From a virus (lineage: Duplodnaviria; Caudoviricetes), in the IMG/VR virus record IMGVR_UViG_3300025536_000016, positions 1-63,299 of that record: a DNA stretch of 63,299 nt; one strand, written 5' to 3'. The translations under genes were made by a program, and so were the position numbers. Shown here piece by piece: positions 1-9,128 of this stretch. Positions within the stretch are counted from its first letter, which is position 1. The number at the start of each line of letters is the position of its first letter. Below the pieces are notes generated by a model. That model saw only the letters and a program-made list of their open reading frames with translations, had not been told where the DNA came from and searched no databases.

Positions 1-112
1 ATCGGAGGCTCTGACGAAAAGGCTTCTGAACAATACTGCTGGTATTTTCTGGGAGCCGATTCCCAGATTCAGGGCATCCCGCATTTCGGGCTTCGGGGCA
101 CCATCGAGGGAT
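1..112 (+). repeat. Terminal direct repeat / circular assembly overlap (copy 1)
   Basis: 1-112 matches 63188-63299 except position 12 (T vs G; TCT/TCG, both Ser). Confidence 0.95.
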
Positions 113-495
113 TCAGAACGAAGCGTCAGGATTTCAAAGGAAAACCGAATTATAAGCTCGATATTTTCCTGAATTCTGACCGGAAATACATCATCCGTTC
201 CGGAATCGAAACAATCTTTACACGAGGGCTTCTTTTGAATCTGACGGAATATCTCTCCTCCGGAAAGGATTTGAAAACTCCTCTGATTATCGGAGTGAAA
301 AGAGGAGAGGGAAACGTCGTTTTCAATCAGACCTTTGGCGATGACGACAAAGTGATTCGGGCAGATTGGGATAAAGACATGAAGCTCCTCCCTCTCATCT
401 GGGAACTTCAAAAAAATCTTGGTCAAAATCTCGATGAAGCGAATTGCGAGGAATTGAGACCGAAGGAAAAGGGAGCGAAGAAAAATGAAAAATAA
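1..495 (+). CDS. Hypothetical protein, 3' part of a gene starting at 63131 and crossing the circular junction
   Basis: Frame 1 is open from base 1 (IGGSDEKASEQYCWYF...) into the 235..495 ORF; in frame with ATG 63131, which has a GAGGATAAAG leader. Confidence 0.85.
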   Translation: MGGSDEKASEQYCWYFLGADSQIQGIPHFGLRGTIEGFRTKRQDFKGKPNYKLDIFLNSDRKYIIRSGIETIFTRGLLLNLTEYLSSGKDLKTPLIIGVKRGEGNVVFNQTFGDDDKVIRADWDKDMKLLPLIWELQKNLGQNLDEANCEELRPKEKGAKKNEK

Positions 496-922
496 TTTCC
501 CAGCACTCGATTTTCTGAATCCGGAATCAGGACTTAAACCCCCTGATTCCGAAATCATTTCGCAAGATAGAGAGGGAAATAAAATCTTCGTCAAAAATGG
601 GAAAGTCTTTCTTAAATTAATGAGCGAGGATAAACCGAGAAATATTGGTTCTCTCTCCGAAAATAAAAAGATTTTTCGATGTGAAAGAAAGAGGAGAATT
701 CATTTGCACCGGATTTCTAATTCTTATGGTTTCAATCGAGAACTTATTGAATCCCTCCCAGAATTGGAAACGATTATTTTATCGGATGAACACGACAACT
801 TTACGGTTCCGGTTTCCCTGATAAAAAACGGCGTGATTATGAATTTCAAAAATTCATCAGATGGAAATCAATATGAGCTTCAATATTTCGTTTCCCTCCA
901 AAAACTAAAAGGACAAAAATAA
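485..922 (+). CDS. Hypothetical phage protein
   Basis: 145-aa ORF overlapping the upstream gene, GGAG upstream. Confidence 0.7.
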   Translation: MKNNFPALDFLNPESGLKPPDSEIISQDREGNKIFVKNGKVFLKLMSEDKPRNIGSLSENKKIFRCERKRRIHLHRISNSYGFNRELIESLPELETIILSDEHDNFTVPVSLIKNGVIMNFKNSSDGNQYELQYFVSLQKLKGQK

Positions 923-923
923 A

Positions 924-1313
924 ATGGAACTCAAAGAACGATTAGAAACTATCATTGAGAAGCAAAGAAAATTTCAGAGATTATGCAACAAGCCCATTGA
1001 TTCAAAAGACCCATTTACCCAATCACTTTTATCTGAAACTTATCTTTTCAAACTAGTCGAGGAAGTGTTCGAGCTCAGGAAAACTTTTCCTTCTGCCCTG
1101 AATGATTCCTCCAAACATCAACCGGAAATCATCAGGGAGGAGCTATTGAAAGAGGGAGCCGATGTGATTCTCTTTTTTATTAATTTCTGTCTCGTCCATG
1201 AGGTCCAAATCGAGGAATTTTTTGATATAATCGAAAAAGTTCAAACCAATAATTTTCAGAAAAAATTCGCAACAATTAAGGAGCTAGAAAATGAAATCTT
1301 TCAGAACAGTTGA
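924..1313 (+). CDS. MazG-like / all-alpha NTP pyrophosphohydrolase (possible dCTPase/dUTPase)
   Basis: EEVFEL...KEGADVILF matches the ExxE...ExxD motif; next to TS homologue and kinase. Confidence 0.75.
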   Translation: MELKERLETIIEKQRKFQRLCNKPIDSKDPFTQSLLSETYLFKLVEEVFELRKTFPSALNDSSKHQPEIIREELLKEGADVILFFINFCLVHEVQIEEFFDIIEKVQTNNFQKKFATIKELENEIFQNS

Positions 1314-1998
1314 CCTTATGCTTCGAGAGCTGATTCCAATGCTTAAGAATCAAAATCCGATTCCCTCCAGACTAGGGAATCAGCACGAGATTCTTAACTG
1401 GAGCTATAAAATCGAAACTCCCTCCCGTCCTTTTTCCTTTCGGGAAATCAATCAGAATTATGCAAGAAATTTTGTGAACTTTATCCTCTCTTTCGACAAA
1501 CCGACTGAGATGCATGAACATCGGCAAAACCTGATGAAAATCAATCCGAAAGTTTCAAGATTTCTTGACACGGAAAAATACGAGGAAATCTTTCCGGAGG
1601 GAAATTCCGTTCTCTATCCCTCGAAATTAAAATCCGGATATTTACCAGCAATCGAGGAATTGAAAAAGCGACCGGATTCCAGACGAGCGATTGTTCCGAT
1701 GTTGACCGAATCAGATTCAAGGCTTCTCGGAGCCCTCGATGGAGGAGAATCAATTACTTTAGAATTTTCGTGCACGGAATCTTTCGCTTTCTTTATCCGG
1801 AATGAAACCTTAAATCTCCATATTAATATGCGGAGTCAAAACATGCTGGGGGTTTTCCCTTATGATTGGTTTCTCTGGGTGAATCTTTTGGAGAGGACTT
1901 GGGTTGAACATTTTCCGAAATTCCAGATGGGCGAAATCTCCTCAAATATCACATTCTGTCATATTTACGAAGAAAAGAAGCCAGAATCGGCTAAATAG
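1291..1998 (+). CDS. Thymidylate synthase homologue, probably dCMP-modifying (hydroxymethylase-like)
   Basis: RPDSRRAIV, catalytic Cys in EFSCTESF, MRSQNMLGVFPYD (Asp at the E. coli TS Asn177 position), CHIYE. Confidence 0.8.
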   Translation: MKSFRTVDLMLRELIPMLKNQNPIPSRLGNQHEILNWSYKIETPSRPFSFREINQNYARNFVNFILSFDKPTEMHEHRQNLMKINPKVSRFLDTEKYEEIFPEGNSVLYPSKLKSGYLPAIEELKKRPDSRRAIVPMLTESDSRLLGALDGGESITLEFSCTESFAFFIRNETLNLHINMRSQNMLGVFPYDWFLWVNLLERTWVEHFPKFQMGEISSNITFCHIYEEKKPESAK

Positions 1999-2087
1999 GG
2001 TTCATAGAATCGAGCCAGATGGCTTTTTATCCCTGAGTCCTTATGATGAGATTCAGGAAAAATTAAAGAATCGAGGATAAACTTAAA

Positions 2088-2597
2088 ATGAATAATCAAA
2101 TCAGACCAACTATAATTCTGGAGGGAATCGACAGAGCAGGAAAAACGACTTTTGCGAATTCCCTGATTGAAGAATTCGGCTTCGCATATTTCCATCCATC
2201 GAAGCCCATAAATCCGGAGGGATTTTTCCAGAGAGAGGAAATCAATTATCGGCTCTCCCTTTTATTTGAAAACTGCATAATTGACCGGAGCCCGATTTCA
2301 CACTTCGCCTACGATAATCGCGTAGATTTTTCTTTCTTCGAGAATTGGAGAATCAACACGGAAATTTATATTTTAATCTTTCTTCCTTCAAACCGGTTCA
2401 TCAGAGAAGCTCATCCGGATAACCAAAGAATGATTACGATAAACGAACGATATAAAATCGTCGCTTCAAAACTTCCTCATCATTGCCATAAAATCGAATA
2501 CGACAATTTTGCGGAATTGAATTCCCTCCTCGACCAGTACAGAGCACATTTTAGAAAATATAATTCCGGAGAACAAAAAGGAGCTTTCCAGAAATGA
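2088..2597 (+). CDS. Deoxynucleoside monophosphate (thymidylate-like) kinase
   Basis: ILEGIDRAGKTT P-loop and IIDRS motif of the TMPK family. Confidence 0.8.
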   Translation: MNNQIRPTIILEGIDRAGKTTFANSLIEEFGFAYFHPSKPINPEGFFQREEINYRLSLLFENCIIDRSPISHFAYDNRVDFSFFENWRINTEIYILIFLPSNRFIREAHPDNQRMITINERYKIVASKLPHHCHKIEYDNFAELNSLLDQYRAHFRKYNSGEQKGAFQK

Positions 2598-3643
2598 AAA
2601 TTTTATTAATTCCCTCTTTTTCAATGCGTTCCTATTCAGAGGAGAAATGGTTCCTCACAAGGGATGCTCACGGCAATCAAGCAGCAGCTTTCTCGAAATA
2701 TCTGAATCAATTAGGACATGATGTAGATGTTTTAATTCCCTCGAAAAATGATTTAGACACGATGCCGAATTTCTTTCAGGATTCCTTTTTGATTCCTGAT
2801 TCATTTTACTCGGTTTCCATTAAAGACCAGAGGCATAATTTCAAATCGAAAGATTTATTGAAAACTCGGTATAATGTGATATTTACGGGGCACATTGAAT
2901 ATGTCGAATTCCTCCGGAAACTTTATCCTGATTCCAGAATCATTTCAGTTTTCACTCATGGACCCCTGATGAATAGAGAATATAAGTTCCGGAACAGGAA
3001 AAATATTCTCCAATCTGATTTGGTTCTCTATAATTTCAGGAAAGATTTAATCGAGGATTTAATCAGGGAATTCGGCGAGGATAAATTCCAGGCTTGTTAT
3101 CGTTATTCTGATGTTTCCTTATCAACCTATGCTTTGGATTTGAAACCGAGAAAAAACACAATCCTGATGCCATCTCGATTAAATGACCGGACGCGTTATA
3201 ATCTCGAAAATCTGAATATATTTTTTAAGAAATTGAAGAATGACGGGTTCGAGATTTACTACACAGACCCGAATGAATCAAGTCTTTTTTTCGAGGGAAC
3301 TTTAATCCATCAGATAAATCGCTTTGAATGGCTTTATCTCCTCCGGAAAATGGACTATATTTTTATTCCCTATGATACGGAAACAACTTTTTCTGCGATT
3401 CAGAATGAAGCAATGCTGATGGGAACAAAGATTATAACCCAAAGACCGAAGCACCATTATTCGAGATTGAGTGTTCATTCTCAGTTGTATTTCGAGGAGG
3501 GAAATTTTGAGTCATTGGATAATCCGAAATTATCCGGATATGACCAGTACGATATGTCAATCGAAGCGAAAAAATCTTTCTCGATTGATTCCAATTACAC
3601 GAACAGATTATTTCTCGGAGGTGAACCAAGTGACTTCTTATAA
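2594..3643 (+). CDS. Glycosyltransferase (GT-B-like), putative DNA glycosyltransferase
   Basis: MKILLIP start, LGHDVDVLIP, C-terminal FSAIQNEAMLMGTKII resembling the GT-B EAM..G motif; context. Confidence 0.7.
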   Translation: MKILLIPSFSMRSYSEEKWFLTRDAHGNQAAAFSKYLNQLGHDVDVLIPSKNDLDTMPNFFQDSFLIPDSFYSVSIKDQRHNFKSKDLLKTRYNVIFTGHIEYVEFLRKLYPDSRIISVFTHGPLMNREYKFRNRKNILQSDLVLYNFRKDLIEDLIREFGEDKFQACYRYSDVSLSTYALDLKPRKNTILMPSRLNDRTRYNLENLNIFFKKLKNDGFEIYYTDPNESSLFFEGTLIHQINRFEWLYLLRKMDYIFIPYDTETTFSAIQNEAMLMGTKIITQRPKHHYSRLSVHSQLYFEEGNFESLDNPKLSGYDQYDMSIEAKKSFSIDSNYTNRLFLGGEPSDFL

Positions 3644-4325
3644 TCCGGAATTTTATAAATCAATCGAAAGAAGCTCTACGATTGGAGCTTTCAAAATCAT
3701 TCCTCTCGTTCTGAAAAATATCAGCGATAGAGGATGGAAAATAAAATCAATTCTTGACGTTGGCTGCGGGACTGGTTCGTGGCTGAAAGTCGCAAAAGAA
3801 TTCGATTCGGAAATCAGGATTAAAGGAATTGATTTTGATGTTCCTCCGGAATCTCTTTTGATAGAAAAAGAGGAGTTTGAAATCGTCAACCTCCGAAGCC
3901 CTTTCTTTATCGGACAATCTAACGGGTATGATTTAACAATCTCCCTCGAAGTCGCAGAACATCTGGAGGAGGAATTCTCCGATTCGTTCATTCAATCATT
4001 GACACGAACGACGGACTTGATTCTTTTTTCTGCAGCGATTCCTCATCAAAAGGGAACGAATCATGTCAATTGCCAATTTCCTTCATATTGGAAAAAGAAA
4101 TTCGTGAAATACAATTTCTTTTGTGTCGACACGATTCGCCCTTTAATCTGGAATGATGAGGATATAAAATTCTGGTACAAACAAAATATAATGATATTTT
4201 ACCGGATGAATAAGGAAAAAGATTTGAGCTTCGGGAAATTGAACGACGGGCTTTATCCTTCATTTTATGGAGCTGATTTAGTTCATCCGGAAATGTTGAA
4301 ACAAGTTATTGAGGAAAAAATATAA
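3630..4325 (+). CDS. Class I SAM-dependent methyltransferase (Methyltransf_23-like)
   Basis: ILDVGCGTG SAM motif, ISLEVAEHL, FSAAIPHQKGTNHVN; GTG start at 3630 after GGAGGTG. Confidence 0.85.
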   Translation: MTSYNPEFYKSIERSSTIGAFKIIPLVLKNISDRGWKIKSILDVGCGTGSWLKVAKEFDSEIRIKGIDFDVPPESLLIEKEEFEIVNLRSPFFIGQSNGYDLTISLEVAEHLEEEFSDSFIQSLTRTTDLILFSAAIPHQKGTNHVNCQFPSYWKKKFVKYNFFCVDTIRPLIWNDEDIKFWYKQNIMIFYRMNKEKDLSFGKLNDGLYPSFYGADLVHPEMLKQVIEEKI

Positions 4326-6392
4326 ATGATTGTAAATCAAGAAAATTTTGAGGAAGCACTTGATTTAATAACCGAGGACGAGTGCGTTGTTGATACGGAA
4401 ACCGAGGGGCTTGATGTCTGGAATAAACACAAGCAGTGCGGGATTGGGATTTGTAATTCGAGATTTGAAACGGCGTATTTTCCGTTTCGACATAAAAATA
4501 ATTTAGAGAAAATGCCGATGCTGAATTTCTTCTCTGATGAAAATGAAATGAATCTCCCTCTCGAATATCTCCCTCGTATTTTTGAACGCCTGAATCGCGT
4601 TAAAACAATAATAGGACATAACATAAAGTTCGACTTAGTCGCTCTTTTGGGAGATGGTTTTCATCTGGAGGAATCCCAGAAAATCGAGGACACCATGGCT
4701 CTCGCGAGATTATATTTTCCGGGCAGATTCGATAGGTTAAATCTGGAAACTGTCTCAATGAAAGTTTTGAATCTCGATGAAAAGTGGAAATCAATCTTTG
4801 TTCAATATTTGAAGAAAAACAAGATTGACCATAACTACGACATGGGAGACCCCGCAATCGTTGGAGATTATTGCGAAAAAGATTGTCTCAACACCGCTCG
4901 TGTAAGAATCTGGATGAGGGATAAAATATCGCGAATGGATATGGATGAGCTTTATCTTCAAGAATCGGCTGTAACGCTTGCTTATTGGGAAATGGAACAG
5001 GTCGGGCTTCCTTTCGATTCTGATTATCTGGAATCGAGAATCCCTCTTTTGAAAGATAAACTTATCCGGATTGAAGCGGATATTCATTTTCTCTGCAAAG
5101 AGCATTATGAGGAATCAGGGAAAAAATACACGAAGTTCGATATTTTATCCAATAACCAGCTCGATGAAGTAATGATGGAGCTCGGAATTGAATCTTTCAC
5201 GAAAACCCCAACTGGGCAGAATCAATGGGATGTTACTAATCTCCTCAGAATCGAACATCCGATTGCAAAAATGATTCTCGATTTCAGGGCGATGGATAAA
5301 ATGCTCGGAACTTATTTCCTCCCTCTCCGAGAATGGAAGGACGGGAGAGTTCATCCGAATATTGTTTCTGCTGGCCCGATTACAGGACGCGGGGCTTGTA
5401 GAAATCCGAATCTCCAGAATCTTTCAAGAAAGAAAATTTTCATCGAGGGAGAGGAACTGAACGAAGAAGCAATGGACGCCGTCCGAGCAATGCTTGGAGC
5501 GAAATCCGGAGTCGAGAATACGGACGTCGTTCAGGGAAAAGCCTTTTCCGGATTGATGGGCTATTCTCAATCGAAAGAGGACGACTCGGAAACCCTTTCA
5601 ACTTCGGAAGTCCGGAGATTATATATTCCTCCGGAGGATTATTATTTTTATACGATTGATTATTCTCAGATGGAAATGAGGGTTTTCGCAGATTATGTTC
5701 AGGATGAATCATTGACGGCGCTTCTGGAATCCTCAGATTTTGATTTCCATTCACACGTCGCAAAAGAAGTCTGGAATACTTCGGAAAAATCCGATTTATG
5801 GAAATTCTACCGAGTTCTCGCGAAACAGATTAATTTCGGTCTGATTTATGGAATCGGAGACGGGAAATTGGCAACTCAGATTCATAAAACAATTGATGAA
5901 GCGAGAATTTATAAAGCGGAATATTTCGCGAGATTCCCGAAAGCCCTCGGATTCATGGAGAAAGTCAAACAGACGATATGCTCAAGGGGCTGGGTAAAAA
6001 ATCGGTTCAATCGGAGATATTATATTGAAGCAGAAAAAGCTTACAAAGGAGTAAATTATCTCGTTCAGGGAACAAGCGCTGATATTGTGAAAAATAGAAT
6101 CGTTGCTTGTCAGAACTTTATTAAAAAAGAAAAACCATTATCAAAATTAGTAGTTCCCGTTCATGATGAGGCTATCTTTTTCGCCCATAAATCCGAACAT
6201 CGGCAAATCATTCCATATTTCAAAGGAATCATGGAGGAAAGATGTATACAAACATTTTTACCGACTTCGGTTGCAAGAGCGAAAACTTCATGGGCTGATA
6301 AAAAAGATATTTGTATCGAGTGTTTTGAATATTTGAAAGAGGAGAAATGTAATAATGACAAATGCGTCAGCTACAAACCAGAATCAGAATAG
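4326..6392 (+). CDS. polA: Family A DNA polymerase (3'-5' exonuclease + polymerase)
   Basis: Exo VDTETEG and GHNIKFD; TGR...PNLQN; motif A IDYSQMEMR; motif B AKQINFGLIYG; motif C VHDE. Confidence 0.97.
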   Translation: MIVNQENFEEALDLITEDECVVDTETEGLDVWNKHKQCGIGICNSRFETAYFPFRHKNNLEKMPMLNFFSDENEMNLPLEYLPRIFERLNRVKTIIGHNIKFDLVALLGDGFHLEESQKIEDTMALARLYFPGRFDRLNLETVSMKVLNLDEKWKSIFVQYLKKNKIDHNYDMGDPAIVGDYCEKDCLNTARVRIWMRDKISRMDMDELYLQESAVTLAYWEMEQVGLPFDSDYLESRIPLLKDKLIRIEADIHFLCKEHYEESGKKYTKFDILSNNQLDEVMMELGIESFTKTPTGQNQWDVTNLLRIEHPIAKMILDFRAMDKMLGTYFLPLREWKDGRVHPNIVSAGPITGRGACRNPNLQNLSRKKIFIEGEELNEEAMDAVRAMLGAKSGVENTDVVQGKAFSGLMGYSQSKEDDSETLSTSEVRRLYIPPEDYYFYTIDYSQMEMRVFADYVQDESLTALLESSDFDFHSHVAKEVWNTSEKSDLWKFYRVLAKQINFGLIYGIGDGKLATQIHKTIDEARIYKAEYFARFPKALGFMEKVKQTICSRGWVKNRFNRRYYIEAEKAYKGVNYLVQGTSADIVKNRIVACQNFIKKEKPLSKLVVPVHDEAIFFAHKSEHRQIIPYFKGIMEERCIQTFLPTSVARAKTSWADKKDICIECFEYLKEEKCNNDKCVSYKPESE

Positions 6393-6849
6393 GCTTTCAT
6401 GGGATGAATATTTTTTCTCTATTCTGGATAAATTGAAAGAAAGAGGAACATGCCCTCGGAGACAATGTTCCGCCCTGATAACGGATGATAAATTTCATAT
6501 TTTATCAACCGGTTACAATGGAGCTCCCTCCGGAATTGATAATTGCATCGAACATCCGTGCGGAGGTCAGGATGACGAAAAGGGAGACACGAGAAATTGT
6601 ATTGCCCTCCATGCGGAAGAAAACGCCGTCCTCCATCTGGAGGGAAATTCAAGATTCGCTCATTATCTTTATTGCACGAATCTCCCTTGTTTTCATTGTG
6701 CAAAGATAATTTCTCAAAGTTCAGTCAAAGTCGTAATCTATGAGGAAGATTATGCGGATAAAAGAGGTCTGGATTTACTAATCAAAAAAGGAACTCTCGT
6801 GTTTCAATATGCGAGAATAAATCGAGGAAGAATACCATGTCAAAATTAA
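6355..6849 (+). CDS. dCMP deaminase
   Basis: TGYNG, HAEENA and PCFHCAK zinc motifs. Confidence 0.93.
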   Translation: MTNASATNQNQNRLSWDEYFFSILDKLKERGTCPRRQCSALITDDKFHILSTGYNGAPSGIDNCIEHPCGGQDDEKGDTRNCIALHAEENAVLHLEGNSRFAHYLYCTNLPCFHCAKIISQSSVKVVIYEEDYADKRGLDLLIKKGTLVFQYARINRGRIPCQN

Positions 6850-7967
6850 CAATAAATCGAGAAAAACTACTAAAGAAATTGAAATTTATCGGAGGGATTC
6901 AAAAGGAACAGGACGCGAAAATCCTGATTCGAGGATTCAGGGACGAGTTATTCGATGGAAAACAACTTGAGTTTATTTCCTATCAGAATAATTTTATTGC
7001 AAAGAATTATTTCATGAATGAGGAATTTTTCAGTTACGACGAGGAGTTTGAATTTATGCTTCCCGTGAAAAAATTCATTCAATTAATTTCCCTGATGAAT
7101 CAGGAAGAAATAAAGATTTCGATTTCACCGACAAAGATTTTAATCGAGTCTGGAAAGTCGAAACATTCAATGAATCTTTCTCTGGAGAAATTTCCGGAAA
7201 TTCATAACGAGATTTCATTCAATGAAATAATCTCCATTAATTCCGAGAAATTGAAGCAGCAGCTTGAAATGACTTCGCTCTCCATGAGTAAAATCGAATC
7301 GGCTCAATTTCAGCTCCGAGCGTTCGAGATGAGGATTACACCGGATTATCTTCAATTCTCCTCTTGTGATGGACGACAAGCCTCAAGAGCACGGCTTCAT
7401 GATGGATTTGAGTTATCAAATGATGAAGAAATAAAAATAACTTTTTCCTTTGAATCATTGGACAAAATTAAATCTTTCCTGATGGACAAGAATTCTGAGA
7501 TTGAAATTTCTCTCTCTCCGTCTTATATTAAATTTAATTCCGGAAAATCCGAGTTATTTATTAACCAAGGATTTTCAAACTTTCCTGATGTAGATAAACT
7601 ATTTTTTGATACTCCAGCAATGAAGGTCGAAATTGACAACGGTGAATTCTCAAGATTATTGAGATTGGTCAAAATCTCTGAGGACGCGCTTAATCAACAG
7701 ATAGTGTTCCGAATGAAAGATAACAGGTTTTTTATCGAACTTCGTTCCTCATTCGGAGAGGGACAGGAATTTTTTACAATTGATTATCCGAAAGAGGAAA
7801 GAAAATTTTCTTTGAACGATAAATCCCTAATTGAATATTTAATGAAGTTTCCGGAAAGAAAATCAAGCCTTAAAATATTTGATGACATTAGATTTCCGGT
7901 AAATTTGCTAATGGAGATGGACAATCAAGATTTTGAATTATCCCTCTTTCCTTTAAGGACTGATTAG
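6837..7967 (+). CDS. dnaN: DNA polymerase III beta subunit-like sliding clamp
   Basis: 376 aa; EKFPEI, SCDGRQAS (cf. ATDGHRLA), NFPDVDKL, terminal LFPLR. Confidence 0.85.
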   Translation: MSKLTINREKLLKKLKFIGGIQKEQDAKILIRGFRDELFDGKQLEFISYQNNFIAKNYFMNEEFFSYDEEFEFMLPVKKFIQLISLMNQEEIKISISPTKILIESGKSKHSMNLSLEKFPEIHNEISFNEIISINSEKLKQQLEMTSLSMSKIESAQFQLRAFEMRITPDYLQFSSCDGRQASRARLHDGFELSNDEEIKITFSFESLDKIKSFLMDKNSEIEISLSPSYIKFNSGKSELFINQGFSNFPDVDKLFFDTPAMKVEIDNGEFSRLLRLVKISEDALNQQIVFRMKDNRFFIELRSSFGEGQEFFTIDYPKEERKFSLNDKSLIEYLMKFPERKSSLKIFDDIRFPVNLLMEMDNQDFELSLFPLRTD

Positions 7968-7980
7968 TCTATAATAGTTT

Positions 7981-8025
7981 CGATGTCTACCAAACATCGG
8001 TTGAAAAATCCGAACCACGAATCGG
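7981..8025 (+). ncRNA. Candidate two-hairpin antisense RNA (C4/CI-like architecture)
   Basis: Hairpins CGATGT-ctaccaa-ACATCG and CCGA-accacgaa-TCGG after TATAAT (7970-7975); loops complementary to TGGTA (8091) and TTCGTGG (8119). Confidence 0.5.
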
Positions 8026-8049
8026 CACATATTATTTTTAGATTTACGT

Positions 8050-8169
8050 ATAGCCTGTAAATTTAAGTTAATGCTTCAAACTTCTAAGGGTGGTACCTCA
8101 GAGGATAAAGAGGTTTGATTCGTGGACTCTTTTGGAGCATTAACTTATTTTTAACAGGCTATGTTTTTT
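8050..8169 (+). terminator. Long hairpin plus U-tract in the leader of the initiator gene (attenuator-like)
   Basis: ATAGCCTGT/ACAGGCTAT and TAAGTTAATGCT/AGCATTAACTTA arms followed by GTTTTTT. Confidence 0.55.
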
Positions 8170-8200
8170 CTACTCTACTTTTTATAGGATAAAAAATAAT

Positions 8201-9034
8201 ATGTCAGCTACAGTCGTAGTCCCGAATCAACAAGATATTGATTTAGACTTTGAATTGGAGAATCTTTCCGAGCCATTCGTAATGATTCCCAATCTCGTTG
8301 CTCAAAATCTTGATATGTCCCTCGAAGCACTCGGAGCTTTAACAAGAATGCTTTCTTATTCAAAGAATTTCAAATTCAAGCTATCTTGGCTCCAGAAAGC
8401 GTGGGGCATCGGGCGTGATAAGCTAAAAAATATCATCAAGGAATTGAAGAATCTCGGATTCATCAAATTCGTTTCAAAAAGAACCCCTGATAACACGAAG
8501 TTCTCCGGATGGAAATGGTTTCTCTCCAATAAACCGGTGTTCAAATCAAAGGGAATCGAAAAGGAAATCCAGAAAGACGGATTTTCAGTATCTCTGGAGG
8601 AAGATAAAAACCAGAGTGACGAGATTTCAGACTCTCTGAATATCAGTAACTCATTAAGAAAGACTAGATTGAAAGATAAGAAGAAAAATAATAAAAAGAA
8701 AACTTTCATCTCTCCGGATTTCGAGTTAACACATGTTCTGATTGAATGGACTCAGAAAACCTTTGAAAAGAAAATCCCTCTCAAAGAATTGATATTTCAA
8801 ACAGATTTATTTATTCAGGAATATTTAGACTCCGGAATCGAAAGAACCTCATGGACACGGTCTTGGATGACTTGGATAAAAAACGCCGTTTCATGGGATA
8901 AGATAAATTATGAAAATCTTGATGAATCCGAGAAAGTTTTAACCCCGCCGAAAGATGTAAATCAATATATTGTGAAAAGACCGAAAGATTGGTGGAAAAC
9001 GAAACCGAAGGCTGAGGAGGAACTGCCGCTCTAA
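8201..9034 (+). CDS. Replication initiator-like protein with N-terminal winged HTH
   Basis: FVMIPN...LDMSLEALGAL...GRDKLKNIIKELKNLGFI; C-terminal WTRSWMTWIKNA; directly upstream of the helicase. Confidence 0.75.
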   Translation: MSATVVVPNQQDIDLDFELENLSEPFVMIPNLVAQNLDMSLEALGALTRMLSYSKNFKFKLSWLQKAWGIGRDKLKNIIKELKNLGFIKFVSKRTPDNTKFSGWKWFLSNKPVFKSKGIEKEIQKDGFSVSLEEDKNQSDEISDSLNISNSLRKTRLKDKKKNNKKKTFISPDFELTHVLIEWTQKTFEKKIPLKELIFQTDLFIQEYLDSGIERTSWTRSWMTWIKNAVSWDKINYENLDESEKVLTPPKDVNQYIVKRPKDWWKTKPKAEEELPL

Positions 9035-9128
9035 TGCTGTTTCCTTCGAGCAGGATGGATTTTCTCCCTCTGGAATGATTCATCCATCGAATCTAAGTTT
9101 TATAGTCAGAAATCGAGGATAAAAAAGA

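Noticed and set aside
3471-3629. N-terminal extension of the methyltransferase ORF (likewise track starts at 12623, 13848, 15100, 19143, 22465, 54456, 55105, 57704, 60410, 61642)
   Set aside because: Downstream starts have clear RBS leaders; the extensions overlap other genes, promoters or ribozymes
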